A stretch of 54,239 bases of DNA, from the IMG/VR virus record IMGVR_UViG_3300049070_000135, positions 1 to 54,239 of that record; one strand, 5' to 3'. Shown in pieces: positions 26,644 to 35,998 of the stretch (the first letter of the stretch is position 1; the number at the start of each line of letters is the position of its first letter). The notes below the pieces were generated by a model, which made no database searches, was not told the origin of the DNA, and saw only the letters and a program-made list of their open reading frames with translations. This DNA comes from a virus. Lineage: Duplodnaviria > Caudoviricetes. The translations under genes and the position numbers were made by a program.

Positions 26644-29634
26644 GTGGACCTCCCCGACCTGATCCAGCGCCTGATCTGCGACATTAGCGGCTGGACCATG
26701 CCCATGCAGCAGGCGTCCAGCGCGGCGGACGGGTTGCTGGCGATCATGGCCAGGTTGGGGCAGACGTTCGGCCAAGTCGCCGGACAATCCAACGCCACCA
26801 CGCAAGCGGTGAACAACTTAGGCACTGCCGCCGGCAACACCGCCGCCGCCGTGGCGAGGATGGTTCAGGCGTTCGGCAGTGGGGGAACCCTTGCGGCACC
26901 CGGCATACAAACCTCTTTGGAAAAAGCCGCCAAAGATTCCGGCACCCACGCTGCCAACTTCGCACGCAATTGGATCAACGCGGCCGGGCAAGTCAAGACG
27001 GCCGTGGGGGAGGTCGGGGATGCCGTCACAAACGCTTCAAAACAATTCCGGCGGTTTTTGGAGCAGGGCGAACGCCGGGGGGCTACCGACGTCCAGTTGG
27101 GTATGATTCCGTCCGTCCGCCAAGCCCGACTGGAGAAGTTACTTGACGAACAGACAGCTAGGGACAATGCCGCCCTGGGGATGCGGACCCGTGACCTGAC
27201 GGCGGCGGGCGTGTTGGGCGGCCCGTCCGTCGCCGCCGACCGGGCCGCCAACGAGGCTTTGCAACGATCAATCCAGCGTCAGTTGCGGGCACAGGCCCAG
27301 GCCGCACGGGGGGCCGCCCACGCGACCGAACAGGCATTTACCCGCATCAGGATGTCCTGGGTGCAGTTCGGCCGGGACATGATGTCACTGGCCGACCGGA
27401 TCGCCAACAGTCTGGCCACCACGATTAGTCACACCGTCCCGTTCTTCGGCCCGATCCTGGGCGGGGCGATCCGCGGCGCTGGCATGGGGGGCAACATCGG
27501 CGGCGGCCTGGGTGGTGCGGTGGGTGGGTCGGTCGGCATGTTCGCGGGCGGCCCGGCCGGTATGCTGGCTGGGCAGGTGATCGGCACCGGTGTCGGCTAC
27601 GGCGTCGGGTCGCTGGTCGGGGCCGGTATCGGCGGCCAGGCCGCCGCACTGGTCCAGGGAATCACCTTGGCCGTCAACGCACTGGAAAAGGCGTTCGACG
27701 CCGCAGCCGGTGCGGCGAAGAATGTGGTCGCCAGTGTCGTGTCCCTGGCGTCCGAATTCCAGCGGGTCGGCACCGCTTTTGAGGTGTTTACCGGGTCGGC
27801 GTCCAAGGGCAACCAACTGTTCGCCGAGATGCAGCAGTTGGCGGTCCAGACGCCCTACAACCTCCGCCAGATGGTGGACATCAGCCAGACGCTCCTGGCG
27901 ATGGGCGTGCCTTTTGAAGACGTGACCAATTCGATGCGGATGCTGGGCGACGTGGCAGCCGGTGACGTGGACCGGCTGCGGCGGCTGACCCTGGCGTTTT
28001 CCGAAGTCGTGGCGGAAGGCAAGCTGACCGGCCAGCGGATGCGGCAGTTCGCGGCGGCCGGCGTGGGCGTGGCCGACATCGCCCAGACGATGGGGATTCC
28101 CGTCCCGCAGTTGCGGGAGATGATGCGCGAGGGGGCGGTCCCGGCCCAGGCGGTGATCGACACGCTTGAACGCATCACCAGCGCGGGTGGTCGGTTCTTC
28201 CAGATGTCTGAACGGCAGGCCAAGACCGTGGCCGGGGCGTGGTCGAACCTGATCGACAAGCTGGAAATCCTGGGGGCGAAGCTGGGGCAGGCGGTGTTCC
28301 AGCGGTTCGACGTGTCGGGCATGATCGGCAGGGTCGGGGACTTCGTGGGCGAAAACGCCCCGGCGGTGTTGGAAAAGCTGATCGGGTTGTTGAAGGCGGT
28401 CCAGGCTGCCTTCACCGGACTGTTCCAGGCGGCCGTCCCGTACTGGAAACAACTCATCCTTGCGGTTGAAGAGTTTATCGGCACGATCGACCTGACGCCG
28501 ACCGGGTTGGATAACGTCCGACAGGCTTTCGTGAAAATGGGGGACACGATCTTGCAGACACTCGGACAGGTGACGCGACTCATTCTTAACTTGGCGACAC
28601 TGGCGATCCCGTTCATGATCGACTCGCTGAACAGCCTGAAGCTGCTGGACAGCTTGAAGTCTACCGCGGAAACCCCGCTAGAGTTCTCCGAAATTTCCAA
28701 CCTCGGCCCCGGCAATGAGGCCATCCGCAAGGCGGAAAGAGAACGTCTGGAAAGGGAAAGTAAGCGGAACACAGTCATTAACCAGATCACGGACAGCCTC
28801 AAATCCCTGGCCGGGCAGGCAGAGATGGCGGCGACCAAACTGGACACGGTCATCGAAAAAGGGTTGGCGGCAGGCACGGCCGGTGCCCAGGCCCAGGTCG
28901 GTGCGTTCGGCCAGATGGGTGCCGGCGGGATCGGCGCGTTCGGACGCCTGACCGGCGGGCTGACGGGCACGGCGATGGTTCCCGTGCTCCAGGGGGTTGT
29001 TAACGAGGCCGTGGGGCAGGTCGCCGTCCCGCTGTTGCGGAAGGGGTTCGCCTTGGCGGCGGCGGCACCGGCCAACGCTTTCGACCAGGAAGCCCTAGGC
29101 GCGTGGGCCTGGGCGGCCAGAAACGCCCCAGGAGTCCCCGGCACCGTCACCCGACCCCAGGCGTTCGGGGTGGGCAGCACCCTGGCCCCGAAAATCCCGG
29201 ACAAGAAGGATTTGACCATCACCGTCAGCGAAGAGGCCCAAAAGCTGGTGGACGACCTGCGCAAGAACATGCTGGAGGGGTTGACCCCCCTTGAACAGTT
29301 GGAGAATAAGTTCCGACTCATCAGGGAGGGTGCCCCGTTCGCACTGTCCCCGGAGGAACTTCTGAAAATGCAGGCGGTCGAGGCCGATAAAATCCTTCAG
29401 CCGTACATGCAAGCGGCCCCCAGTCCCAACGCGGTCATGATCGGCACCAAGGAGGCCGGGGACGTGATCGCCGACGCCCAGAACCAGGGCACCAAGTCCA
29501 TCGAGGCGGCCCTGGAAGAGGCTAACGGGCACCACCGGGACATCAAGGACAGGTTGGGCCGGGTGGCGGAAGAATTGGGCAAGCGGCAGAAGGAAGGCCG
29601 TCCCCTGGTTGCCGGGGACTTCGGGGGGGGCTAG
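26644..29634 (+). CDS. tape measure protein
   Basis: 996 aa Ala/Gly-rich; core AFEVFTGSA..., TPYNL, MRMLGDVAAG, QAKTVAGAWSNL. Confidence 0.92.
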   Translation: MDLPDLIQRLICDISGWTMPMQQASSAADGLLAIMARLGQTFGQVAGQSNATTQAVNNLGTAAGNTAAAVARMVQAFGSGGTLAAPGIQTSLEKAAKDSGTHAANFARNWINAAGQVKTAVGEVGDAVTNASKQFRRFLEQGERRGATDVQLGMIPSVRQARLEKLLDEQTARDNAALGMRTRDLTAAGVLGGPSVAADRAANEALQRSIQRQLRAQAQAARGAAHATEQAFTRIRMSWVQFGRDMMSLADRIANSLATTISHTVPFFGPILGGAIRGAGMGGNIGGGLGGAVGGSVGMFAGGPAGMLAGQVIGTGVGYGVGSLVGAGIGGQAAALVQGITLAVNALEKAFDAAAGAAKNVVASVVSLASEFQRVGTAFEVFTGSASKGNQLFAEMQQLAVQTPYNLRQMVDISQTLLAMGVPFEDVTNSMRMLGDVAAGDVDRLRRLTLAFSEVVAEGKLTGQRMRQFAAAGVGVADIAQTMGIPVPQLREMMREGAVPAQAVIDTLERITSAGGRFFQMSERQAKTVAGAWSNLIDKLEILGAKLGQAVFQRFDVSGMIGRVGDFVGENAPAVLEKLIGLLKAVQAAFTGLFQAAVPYWKQLILAVEEFIGTIDLTPTGLDNVRQAFVKMGDTILQTLGQVTRLILNLATLAIPFMIDSLNSLKLLDSLKSTAETPLEFSEISNLGPGNEAIRKAERERLERESKRNTVINQITDSLKSLAGQAEMAATKLDTVIEKGLAAGTAGAQAQVGAFGQMGAGGIGAFGRLTGGLTGTAMVPVLQGVVNEAVGQVAVPLLRKGFALAAAAPANAFDQEALGAWAWAARNAPGVPGTVTRPQAFGVGSTLAPKIPDKKDLTITVSEEAQKLVDDLRKNMLEGLTPLEQLENKFRLIREGAPFALSPEELLKMQAVEADKILQPYMQAAPSPNAVMIGTKEAGDVIADAQNQGTKSIEAALEEANGHHRDIKDRLGRVAEELGKRQKEGRPLVAGDFGGG

Positions 29635-29637
29635 GCC

Positions 29638-30651
29638 GTGCCGGACCGCAGGGACTTCAGCGGCGACCCGCATTTCCACAGCTTCGAGGAACTTCCCTAC
29701 GAGCGGCCGGGGACGCCCTATTCCGTGACCGGCGAAAGGAATTACCTTCGCCGGTTCCGGGTCATCGTCCGCCATTCCCGGATGAACGCCCTGTCCGTGT
29801 GCCTGTGCCCCGGGGTGCCGATCCCGGGCAGTTTCTTTCTGACCGAAACCAGCTACGACACGCTGGCTTTAGTCACCCAGATCGACGCCCGCCAGGAGCA
29901 TTCCGACGACTGGCAGAACTGGATCGTTGAGGTCCGGTATTCCACCCGGATGCCCCAGGGGGGGTTCCCGACCCTGGCCGGCGTGACCCCCGGCAGCCAG
30001 GACCACCCGGAACTGGAACCTGCCGTCATCCGCTGGGATGCGAAGGTGGTCCAGTACAAGCCCCGCTGGGACTTGGACGGCAAGCTGTACAAGAACCGGG
30101 CCGACCAACTGTTCAAGGGGGCCGCCTTCCCGGTCGGCCACGGCGTGCTGGTCATCGAGCGTAATGAATTGGACTTCAACGCCTACAAGGCGATGACCTA
30201 CAACTTCGCCCTGAATTCGGACACGTTCCTGGGGTTCCCGCCCGAAACAGTTCAGTGCCAACCCCCGACCGCCCAGCAGATGCACCGCGGCCCCACGGCG
30301 TACTACCGGGTCAACTACCGATTGGAGTTCGGCTACCTGATCGAGAAGGAAGAGGGCATTCACATCATCAAGCCGGACGGGACGGTCATCACCGACGACG
30401 ACAAGGATTACAAGGAAGACAGTCAGGGGCGGCCGGTCGGTTTGCGGAAGTGGCAGCCCAGGATTCTGAATTCCGGCACCACCCACCGGCCGGGCATCGA
30501 CCTCGATCCGATCCGCACCTACGACCACGGCAGCGCGGCGGAGAAGTTACTGGACCGGAACGGGTTGATTACCACCACACCCCACTACATCAGGTTCCGC
30601 CAGTTTCGGAAGATGTCATTTTCCGAACTGGTGGTCAGCGGGCTGGCATAA
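29638..30651 (+). CDS. tail tip/distal tail-like protein
   Basis: follows tape measure; LNSDTFLGFPP, YYRVNYRLEF. Confidence 0.6.
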   Translation: MPDRRDFSGDPHFHSFEELPYERPGTPYSVTGERNYLRRFRVIVRHSRMNALSVCLCPGVPIPGSFFLTETSYDTLALVTQIDARQEHSDDWQNWIVEVRYSTRMPQGGFPTLAGVTPGSQDHPELEPAVIRWDAKVVQYKPRWDLDGKLYKNRADQLFKGAAFPVGHGVLVIERNELDFNAYKAMTYNFALNSDTFLGFPPETVQCQPPTAQQMHRGPTAYYRVNYRLEFGYLIEKEEGIHIIKPDGTVITDDDKDYKEDSQGRPVGLRKWQPRILNSGTTHRPGIDLDPIRTYDHGSAAEKLLDRNGLITTTPHYIRFRQFRKMSFSELVVSGLA

Positions 30652-33234
30652 ATGGCGGAAGAACAACCACTCCGGGCGTTGACCGAAAAGGCTTACCAGC
30701 GCCTCATGAAAGTGCTGTGGTGGGCCGAGGCGGCGATGCGCGAACAGGGCATCGACTTCGGCGACGTGGTCGGCGAATACGACCACGAACACGTCCCGCC
30801 CGCCAACTACGTCCGGGTCACGGGCAGCCCCGCCACCGGCGACGCCACGCACGGCATCTACCCCGGCCAATTCGTGTCCCTGGACGGCACCGGGGGCACC
30901 GGCCCCTGGTCTGACTACGACCCGACCCAGTTCTGCTACGTCCGCGACCTGACCGGCGCCCCGCTGATGCTGTCTTCCAGCGCCACGGCCGGGCCGATCT
31001 ATAAAGGCAACGTCTACGCCAACCACGGCACCGGGGCGCTGGTACTGGTCGGCGGGGGCGGCTGCACGGGCGGGACCTGCCCGACCGGCGCGACGACCGA
31101 AACCGCCTGCCAGCACACCCTGATCTATGACACCTGCAACGGCGAGGTCGTCACCCGCTCGACGCTGGTGATGAACTTCGGCGTGCCGGCGAAGTTCTGC
31201 CTCAGTCAGTCCACCGGGCCGGCCCCCCCGTGCCCCACCGGCCCGACCGGCCCCGCCGGCGCCGGCATTGTCACCAAGTCCCGCGCCGTTCCGGTCGTGG
31301 TCGGCGAATCGGTCTTGGTCGGCAAGACGACCCTCGGCAGCGTCATGGACGTGTCGGTCAACGGCGGTACGGCCTTCCAGGGCAGCAAACTCTACAACGT
31401 CGCCCACCGCTACGACGACAGCGCCCCCACGACCTGGCGGGAGGTGCGGCCGATCACGTCGTTCCTGCCCTACGGGACCGGCCACGACTTCGCCCTGGAC
31501 GTGATGCGCAACGGTTCCGAACAGTCGTACCGCATCCGGCGGGTGGCCGGCACCACCGCCGCCACGGCCAGCATCGACTTCCTGCGGGGCGGGGCCGTGA
31601 CCGACCTGTCGGGGACGGGGGCCACGGCGGTCAGCGGCTACGCCCCGAACATGGTCATCACCCAGGTCGGCGACGCCGTGGCGGTCGGCAAGACATCGAC
31701 CGACCTGCCGACGTTCCTGCTCGACGTGGGGTCGGCGGGCCTGGCCGCCACCGGCGGGGTCGCCTTCAACACGGACAGTTCCAACGTCGGCACCCGGAAC
31801 ATCCGCTGGCGGCGGTCCGGGTCGCCCCGCTTCGACGTGGTCTACGAGGCCGTCACGGACACGCTGTTCGTGACCGACGGCGTGTCCACGCTGTACAGTT
31901 GGTGGTCGCGCACGGTCGGCTTCGTCGCACCCTCCATCTACATCGACTCGAACGGTGGTGCCAATTCGGTCAAGGTCAGCCAACTCGCCAACACCGCCGG
32001 GCTGGGCGTCGTGTCAATGCAGGCCAGCGGCGCGGCCCAGGCGGTCACGCAACTGGAACTGCTACCCCAGGGGAGTTCTGTCGGCGAGACGCGGCTGCGC
32101 CTGTGCAACTTCGCCCTGCGGGACCACAGCGGGCAGTTGTCACTTTCGGTAAGCGGGGCGACCGCGTTCTTGCAGTCGGTCACTTCGGGCATCGGTACGC
32201 CCGTGACGCTGTTCCGCAACGAGATGCCGACGCTGTTCACTGCCGGGATCACCTGCACCACGGCGACGTTCAGCGGCGCGGTCGTGTTCAACAACACCGT
32301 GAACGTCAACGGGGCGTTGACCTGCACGGCCAGCGCCAGCTTCACCGCCCCCGTGGCGTTCACCAGCACGGGCACGGCCAGCTTCGCCAGCCGGGCCGCG
32401 TTCACGAACAGTTTCACCCTGGAGTCCGCGGGCGGCGGCAACCCGCTGCTGTTCCAGCAGACCAGCGCCGGCAACACGTTCAGCATTCTGACCCTCAAGC
32501 CGACGACCGGCAACGCCGTCTGCGCCGTCAACGTGCTGCCGCTGGGCACGCAGGACTCGACGCAATTGTTACTGGGCAACGGTCCCGACATCAGCAACCT
32601 CGGCTGCGTCCGCCTGTCGGTGGACGGCGCGACCGGGTACATGGAGTCCGTCACCACGGGTACGGGAACGCCGGTGGCGATATTCCAATGGGTCATCCCC
32701 ACGCGGTTCAGCGGCAACCCGGTGACGATGGACGTGCCGGTAAACTTCACCAGCACGGGCACGGCCACGTTCGCCGCCATAGTGAACCTGGAGCACAGCT
32801 TTACCCTGGTAACGCCCGGATTCGGGGGTAAGCTCAAGGTCATCAACGTCGGCGACTTTACGTCCGCCGCCTTCCGCATCCAGCCGGTCAGTGGCAACCT
32901 GCGGCAAGACCTGGACCTCCTGCCCAGCGGCACGAACGACAGTTGCCAACTACACCTCTACAACGGTTCGGATTCGGCCAACGCGGGTTCCCTGCGGCTG
33001 AAGGCGGAGGGCGCGACGGGGTGGATGGAGTCCGTCACGGGCGGGACCGGGACGGTCATGGACCGCTTCAACTGGGACATCGACATGCGGTTCCTCCAGG
33101 ACGTCGGCTTCAACGGCACCGTGCCCATCGCCAAGCCCACGGTCACGGGCAGCCGCGGCGCGAACGCGGCGTTACAAAGTTTGCTCACTGCTCTAGCTAA
33201 CTATGGCTTAGTCACGGACAGCACAACGGCTTAA
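30652..33234 (+). CDS. tail fibre / receptor-binding protein
   Basis: Gly/Thr-rich; short collagen-like GPTGPAG; three internal repeats; C-terminal KPTVTGSRGANAALQSLLTALANYGLVTDSTTA. Confidence 0.8.
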   Translation: MAEEQPLRALTEKAYQRLMKVLWWAEAAMREQGIDFGDVVGEYDHEHVPPANYVRVTGSPATGDATHGIYPGQFVSLDGTGGTGPWSDYDPTQFCYVRDLTGAPLMLSSSATAGPIYKGNVYANHGTGALVLVGGGGCTGGTCPTGATTETACQHTLIYDTCNGEVVTRSTLVMNFGVPAKFCLSQSTGPAPPCPTGPTGPAGAGIVTKSRAVPVVVGESVLVGKTTLGSVMDVSVNGGTAFQGSKLYNVAHRYDDSAPTTWREVRPITSFLPYGTGHDFALDVMRNGSEQSYRIRRVAGTTAATASIDFLRGGAVTDLSGTGATAVSGYAPNMVITQVGDAVAVGKTSTDLPTFLLDVGSAGLAATGGVAFNTDSSNVGTRNIRWRRSGSPRFDVVYEAVTDTLFVTDGVSTLYSWWSRTVGFVAPSIYIDSNGGANSVKVSQLANTAGLGVVSMQASGAAQAVTQLELLPQGSSVGETRLRLCNFALRDHSGQLSLSVSGATAFLQSVTSGIGTPVTLFRNEMPTLFTAGITCTTATFSGAVVFNNTVNVNGALTCTASASFTAPVAFTSTGTASFASRAAFTNSFTLESAGGGNPLLFQQTSAGNTFSILTLKPTTGNAVCAVNVLPLGTQDSTQLLLGNGPDISNLGCVRLSVDGATGYMESVTTGTGTPVAIFQWVIPTRFSGNPVTMDVPVNFTSTGTATFAAIVNLEHSFTLVTPGFGGKLKVINVGDFTSAAFRIQPVSGNLRQDLDLLPSGTNDSCQLHLYNGSDSANAGSLRLKAEGATGWMESVTGGTGTVMDRFNWDIDMRFLQDVGFNGTVPIAKPTVTGSRGANAALQSLLTALANYGLVTDSTTA

Positions 33235-33911
33235 ATATGCGTCCAAACTCGGCGATTTCGGATCATGCTAATCAGACTCGGGGTGACTCCGAGGCGGTCG
33301 GCCTGTTGTCTATTCGACACTCCATTGGCAGCGTCACGGCGGATTTTTCTAACCAGTACAACAGTCAGTTTGGATCGTCCCTGTCGTTCGCCGCGGGCCT
33401 TTCCGTGGCCCTTACGGGGATTGCCGTCAATCGGCGACAATTCGAGGTGCCCCCAAACTTGGCCCCTGCCGATCATTCCGACCAGGGAGCGGCTAACTCC
33501 GTATCTCTGGGCTATCTGGGTTTGGGACTCGCCTGCCGCGTAGGCGGCGTAAACGGCCCGTACAACACCTTCGGTAAGCTTCGCCTGGGAACACCGTTCC
33601 CCGCGAGTGGACCGTCCCTTCGCGGACATGTCGGCCATGTTGTCGGCGTGGGTTCCCAAGAACAGGTGATCGGGTCGGATACAATGTTTGGTGTCACAAC
33701 GATGCAACACGAACATGCCGGTGGGTATCCCCCCGTGGGTGATTATCCAAGCGAGTCTGTGGGCCGTGATGTCGTATCGGCGGCAATTTCTCTTGATGCA
33801 GTACCGCCCATACCCATTGCGAAGCCGTCTCGATTGCCAAAGCCAGCAGGTTTCGGTTTTGTGGGCGTGCGTCCAGAAACGGATTTTCACCGATTCATCA
33901 ATAGGAATCAT
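33231..33911 (-). CDS. free-standing HNH homing endonuclease with two C-terminal HTH-like repeats
   Basis: RFW..., CWLWQ..GYG..AHRLAW..VLHRCDTKHCIRPDHLFLGTHADNMAD. Confidence 0.92.
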   Translation of the reverse strand: MIPIDESVKIRFWTHAHKTETCWLWQSRRLRNGYGRYCIKRNCRRYDITAHRLAWIITHGGIPTGMFVLHRCDTKHCIRPDHLFLGTHADNMADMSAKGRSTRGERCSQAKLTEGVVRAVYAAYAAGESQTQIAQRYGVSRSLVGMIGRGQVWGHLELSPIDGNPRKGHGKARGERQGRSKLTVVLVRKIRRDAANGVSNRQQADRLGVTPSLISMIRNRRVWTHI

Positions 33912-33917
33912 GTGATA

Positions 33918-33946
33918 ATTGTAAGGTGGGTTGGGTTGGTTGTCAA
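33918..33946 (-). promoter_or_regulatory. near-consensus sigma70 promoter giving a leaderless HNH mRNA
   Basis: minus strand TTGACA-17 nt-TACAAT-6 nt-ATG(33911); no SD. Confidence 0.75.
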
Positions 33947-33953
33947 GTTAATT

Positions 33954-34025
33954 AACAATACCCTGGCCAACCTACTCACAGCCCTTGCGGACAACGGACT
34001 CATTATTAACAACACGACGGCCTGA
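33954..34025 (+). pseudogene. orphaned duplicate of the tail fibre 3' end
   Basis: encodes NNTLANLLTALADNGLIINNTTA* versus live NAALQSLLTALANYGLVTDSTTA*. Confidence 0.8.
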
Positions 34026-34028
34026 GTC

Positions 34029-35297
34029 ATGATCGTTGACCTCAGCAGCGGGTGTTGTCACTGTTGCGACCCGTCTGGTGGTACTAGTGGCGTGCCATTG
34101 GCTACAGCTTGCCCGTGCGTGAACCAACAATTGCGTTGTATGAGTGTTAGTGCCGCCTCGGGTGCGGGCACTGGTGGTGGTAATTTAACTGGAATCGAAT
34201 CTGCACTTATTCACACTTTTAGGCGATTCCCGAGCGCGACCGTTCGCGTTTTCGACGCGCGATTTGCTATCAGCTATGTTGACCCGGTAACTGGTAAGAA
34301 TCTCTGCCTAAGTGTTCATATGGTGGGTAATGTTGGTTGTGTGAGACTTCCCGGTGATCCGCCGGGTCGCGGCCACGTTCATATTACTGGGAGTTGGGTC
34401 GATTGCTGGCCACCTGTACCAATAAGTAATGACCCCACAGGCAACTGTGTCGGAGGCGGATTAGTTTGGGGCGCGCAAGGTGCCTTTCAAGGTACCATTC
34501 GCCACGATGCTTTTGAGTACATCTCCGAAGAGGTTAATATTGTCGATTGCGAGCCGGCTCGCAATCTCACACCATTCAATGTCGCTATCCGAATTCGGGA
34601 GAAGTCTAACTGTGACGACTCCGGCCCAGGACTTGAACCACCTCAGTTGTTTGCCATTAGTGACCGCCCGTTTACTATGCAATTCACGCCAACTCTCAAC
34701 GAAGACTGCGCACCCCCTCTAGACGACCCGAATTATCCTTGGTTACTTATGGATGAGAACGACAACGCAATTGGTCCGCCTAGTACGGACGGAGGTAATA
34801 TTGGCGGTATTATTAATAACATTAATTCGACCAACCCGTGTTGTATCGGTGGATTTCTAGACGGCGATGACGTTCCTGGCCCAGACCCCGGCCCCCCTGT
34901 CGTTCCCCCCGACCGCGTACTCACTCCTTGCTGCCCGGTCGAAAGCGCGACGGTTAGCAAGACTCTGACTGTGGTCGCCGACACGATGGGCGTGTGCCCG
35001 GCACTGGAGTTCTCCATCGGGATCGCCTACAGTAATGCCCTGCGGGCCTGGGTGGGCACGGCAATCAGCGGTGGCAATTTCATCACCGTCATCTTCTGGT
35101 GCGAACCCGGAGGGACCTGGTTCATGAACGTCTACTGCGCGGGCATCCTGATCTGGGCGGCGTCGGGCGCGATGTTCACCGGCAACAGTTGCCCCGTGGA
35201 CATGACGGCGGGTCCGAACACTTCGGACACGTCACCCTGCTGCGCCAGCGGCGTCCCCCTCATCATCCGGGTCTTCGACCCGACCATCGAGCCATGA
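34029..35297 (+). CDS. Cys-rich tail-associated protein
   Basis: GCCHCC N-terminus, many Cys; 5' part has atypical AT3-rich codons. Confidence 0.7.
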   Translation: MIVDLSSGCCHCCDPSGGTSGVPLATACPCVNQQLRCMSVSAASGAGTGGGNLTGIESALIHTFRRFPSATVRVFDARFAISYVDPVTGKNLCLSVHMVGNVGCVRLPGDPPGRGHVHITGSWVDCWPPVPISNDPTGNCVGGGLVWGAQGAFQGTIRHDAFEYISEEVNIVDCEPARNLTPFNVAIRIREKSNCDDSGPGLEPPQLFAISDRPFTMQFTPTLNEDCAPPLDDPNYPWLLMDENDNAIGPPSTDGGNIGGIINNINSTNPCCIGGFLDGDDVPGPDPGPPVVPPDRVLTPCCPVESATVSKTLTVVADTMGVCPALEFSIGIAYSNALRAWVGTAISGGNFITVIFWCEPGGTWFMNVYCAGILIWAASGAMFTGNSCPVDMTAGPNTSDTSPCCASGVPLIIRVFDPTIEP

Positions 35298-35836
35298 ACC
35301 ACGACTGGACCGGCTACTGTGTTAGACACGTCGAAGAAGCCAGGGCGTCCGCCGGCACCCGTCGTACCTTCCGGCGGCTGCTGGGGACCGGCTGGGAAGC
35401 CTTTGCGCAGGTGAACAACCTGCCAGTGACAGACCCCCCCGATACCCGGCCGGGGGTTACGTTCGTCCCTACAACCGTCCGACGGCCTACGAATGGGCCT
35501 GGCTCAAAATTAAAAATGCTTCTGGCGCAATTGGGGGCCAGGGGTGTAGGCTGTGTCCCCTGCGACGACTACGCGGCACAGATGGATTTATGGGGCGTTG
35601 CAGGGGTTCAGGCCCGGCGCGAAGAAATTAAGGCGTGGCTAAAACTGAACCAAACGTGGGGTGGAACATTCACGGCGATCGCCAGGGGGGCCATGACCGG
35701 GCTGCTGTTCAAGCTAAACCCGCTGGACCCCCTGGGGTCGCTGATTGATGAAGCCTGCCGCCTATCGGGGGAAGAATCATGCGCTACAGACACACCGGCG
35801 GCGTCCACCGGCTCTGGTGGGTCGCCGCCGGCCTAG
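35294..35836 (+). CDS. Cys-containing hypothetical protein
   Basis: ATGA overlap; GPGSKLKMLL..C.PC...A.QMD.WG. Confidence 0.65.
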   Translation: MNHDWTGYCVRHVEEARASAGTRRTFRRLLGTGWEAFAQVNNLPVTDPPDTRPGVTFVPTTVRRPTNGPGSKLKMLLAQLGARGVGCVPCDDYAAQMDLWGVAGVQARREEIKAWLKLNQTWGGTFTAIARGAMTGLLFKLNPLDPLGSLIDEACRLSGEESCATDTPAASTGSGGSPPA

Positions 35837-35898
35837 TCGTCCTGGCAGTCGCCGCCGTCGCCCTGTACCTGGGGTTCGGCACCGACCTTCGGTTTTAA
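35779..35898 (+). CDS. 39-aa single-TM peptide; absent from the ORF track
   Basis: MRYRHTGGVHRLWWVAAGLVVLAVAAVALYLGFGTDLRF; GGGGGA RBS. Confidence 0.45.
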   Translation: MRYRHTGGVHRLWWVAAGLVVLAVAAVALYLGFGTDLRF

Positions 35899-35998
35899 CG
35901 CCGCGCCGGTCCGGTTCGGTGTCTGCCGCTACCTCTCTTAGGTCACAAAATCCCGGCAGGGACTCAGTGCCACCCCGCCGGCGCGGCGGTTAGTCCCT

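Noticed and set aside
30652-35297. Diversity-generating retroelement acting on the fibre C-terminus
   Set aside because: No reverse transcriptase in the window; the duplicated ends differ at all base types, not only adenines.
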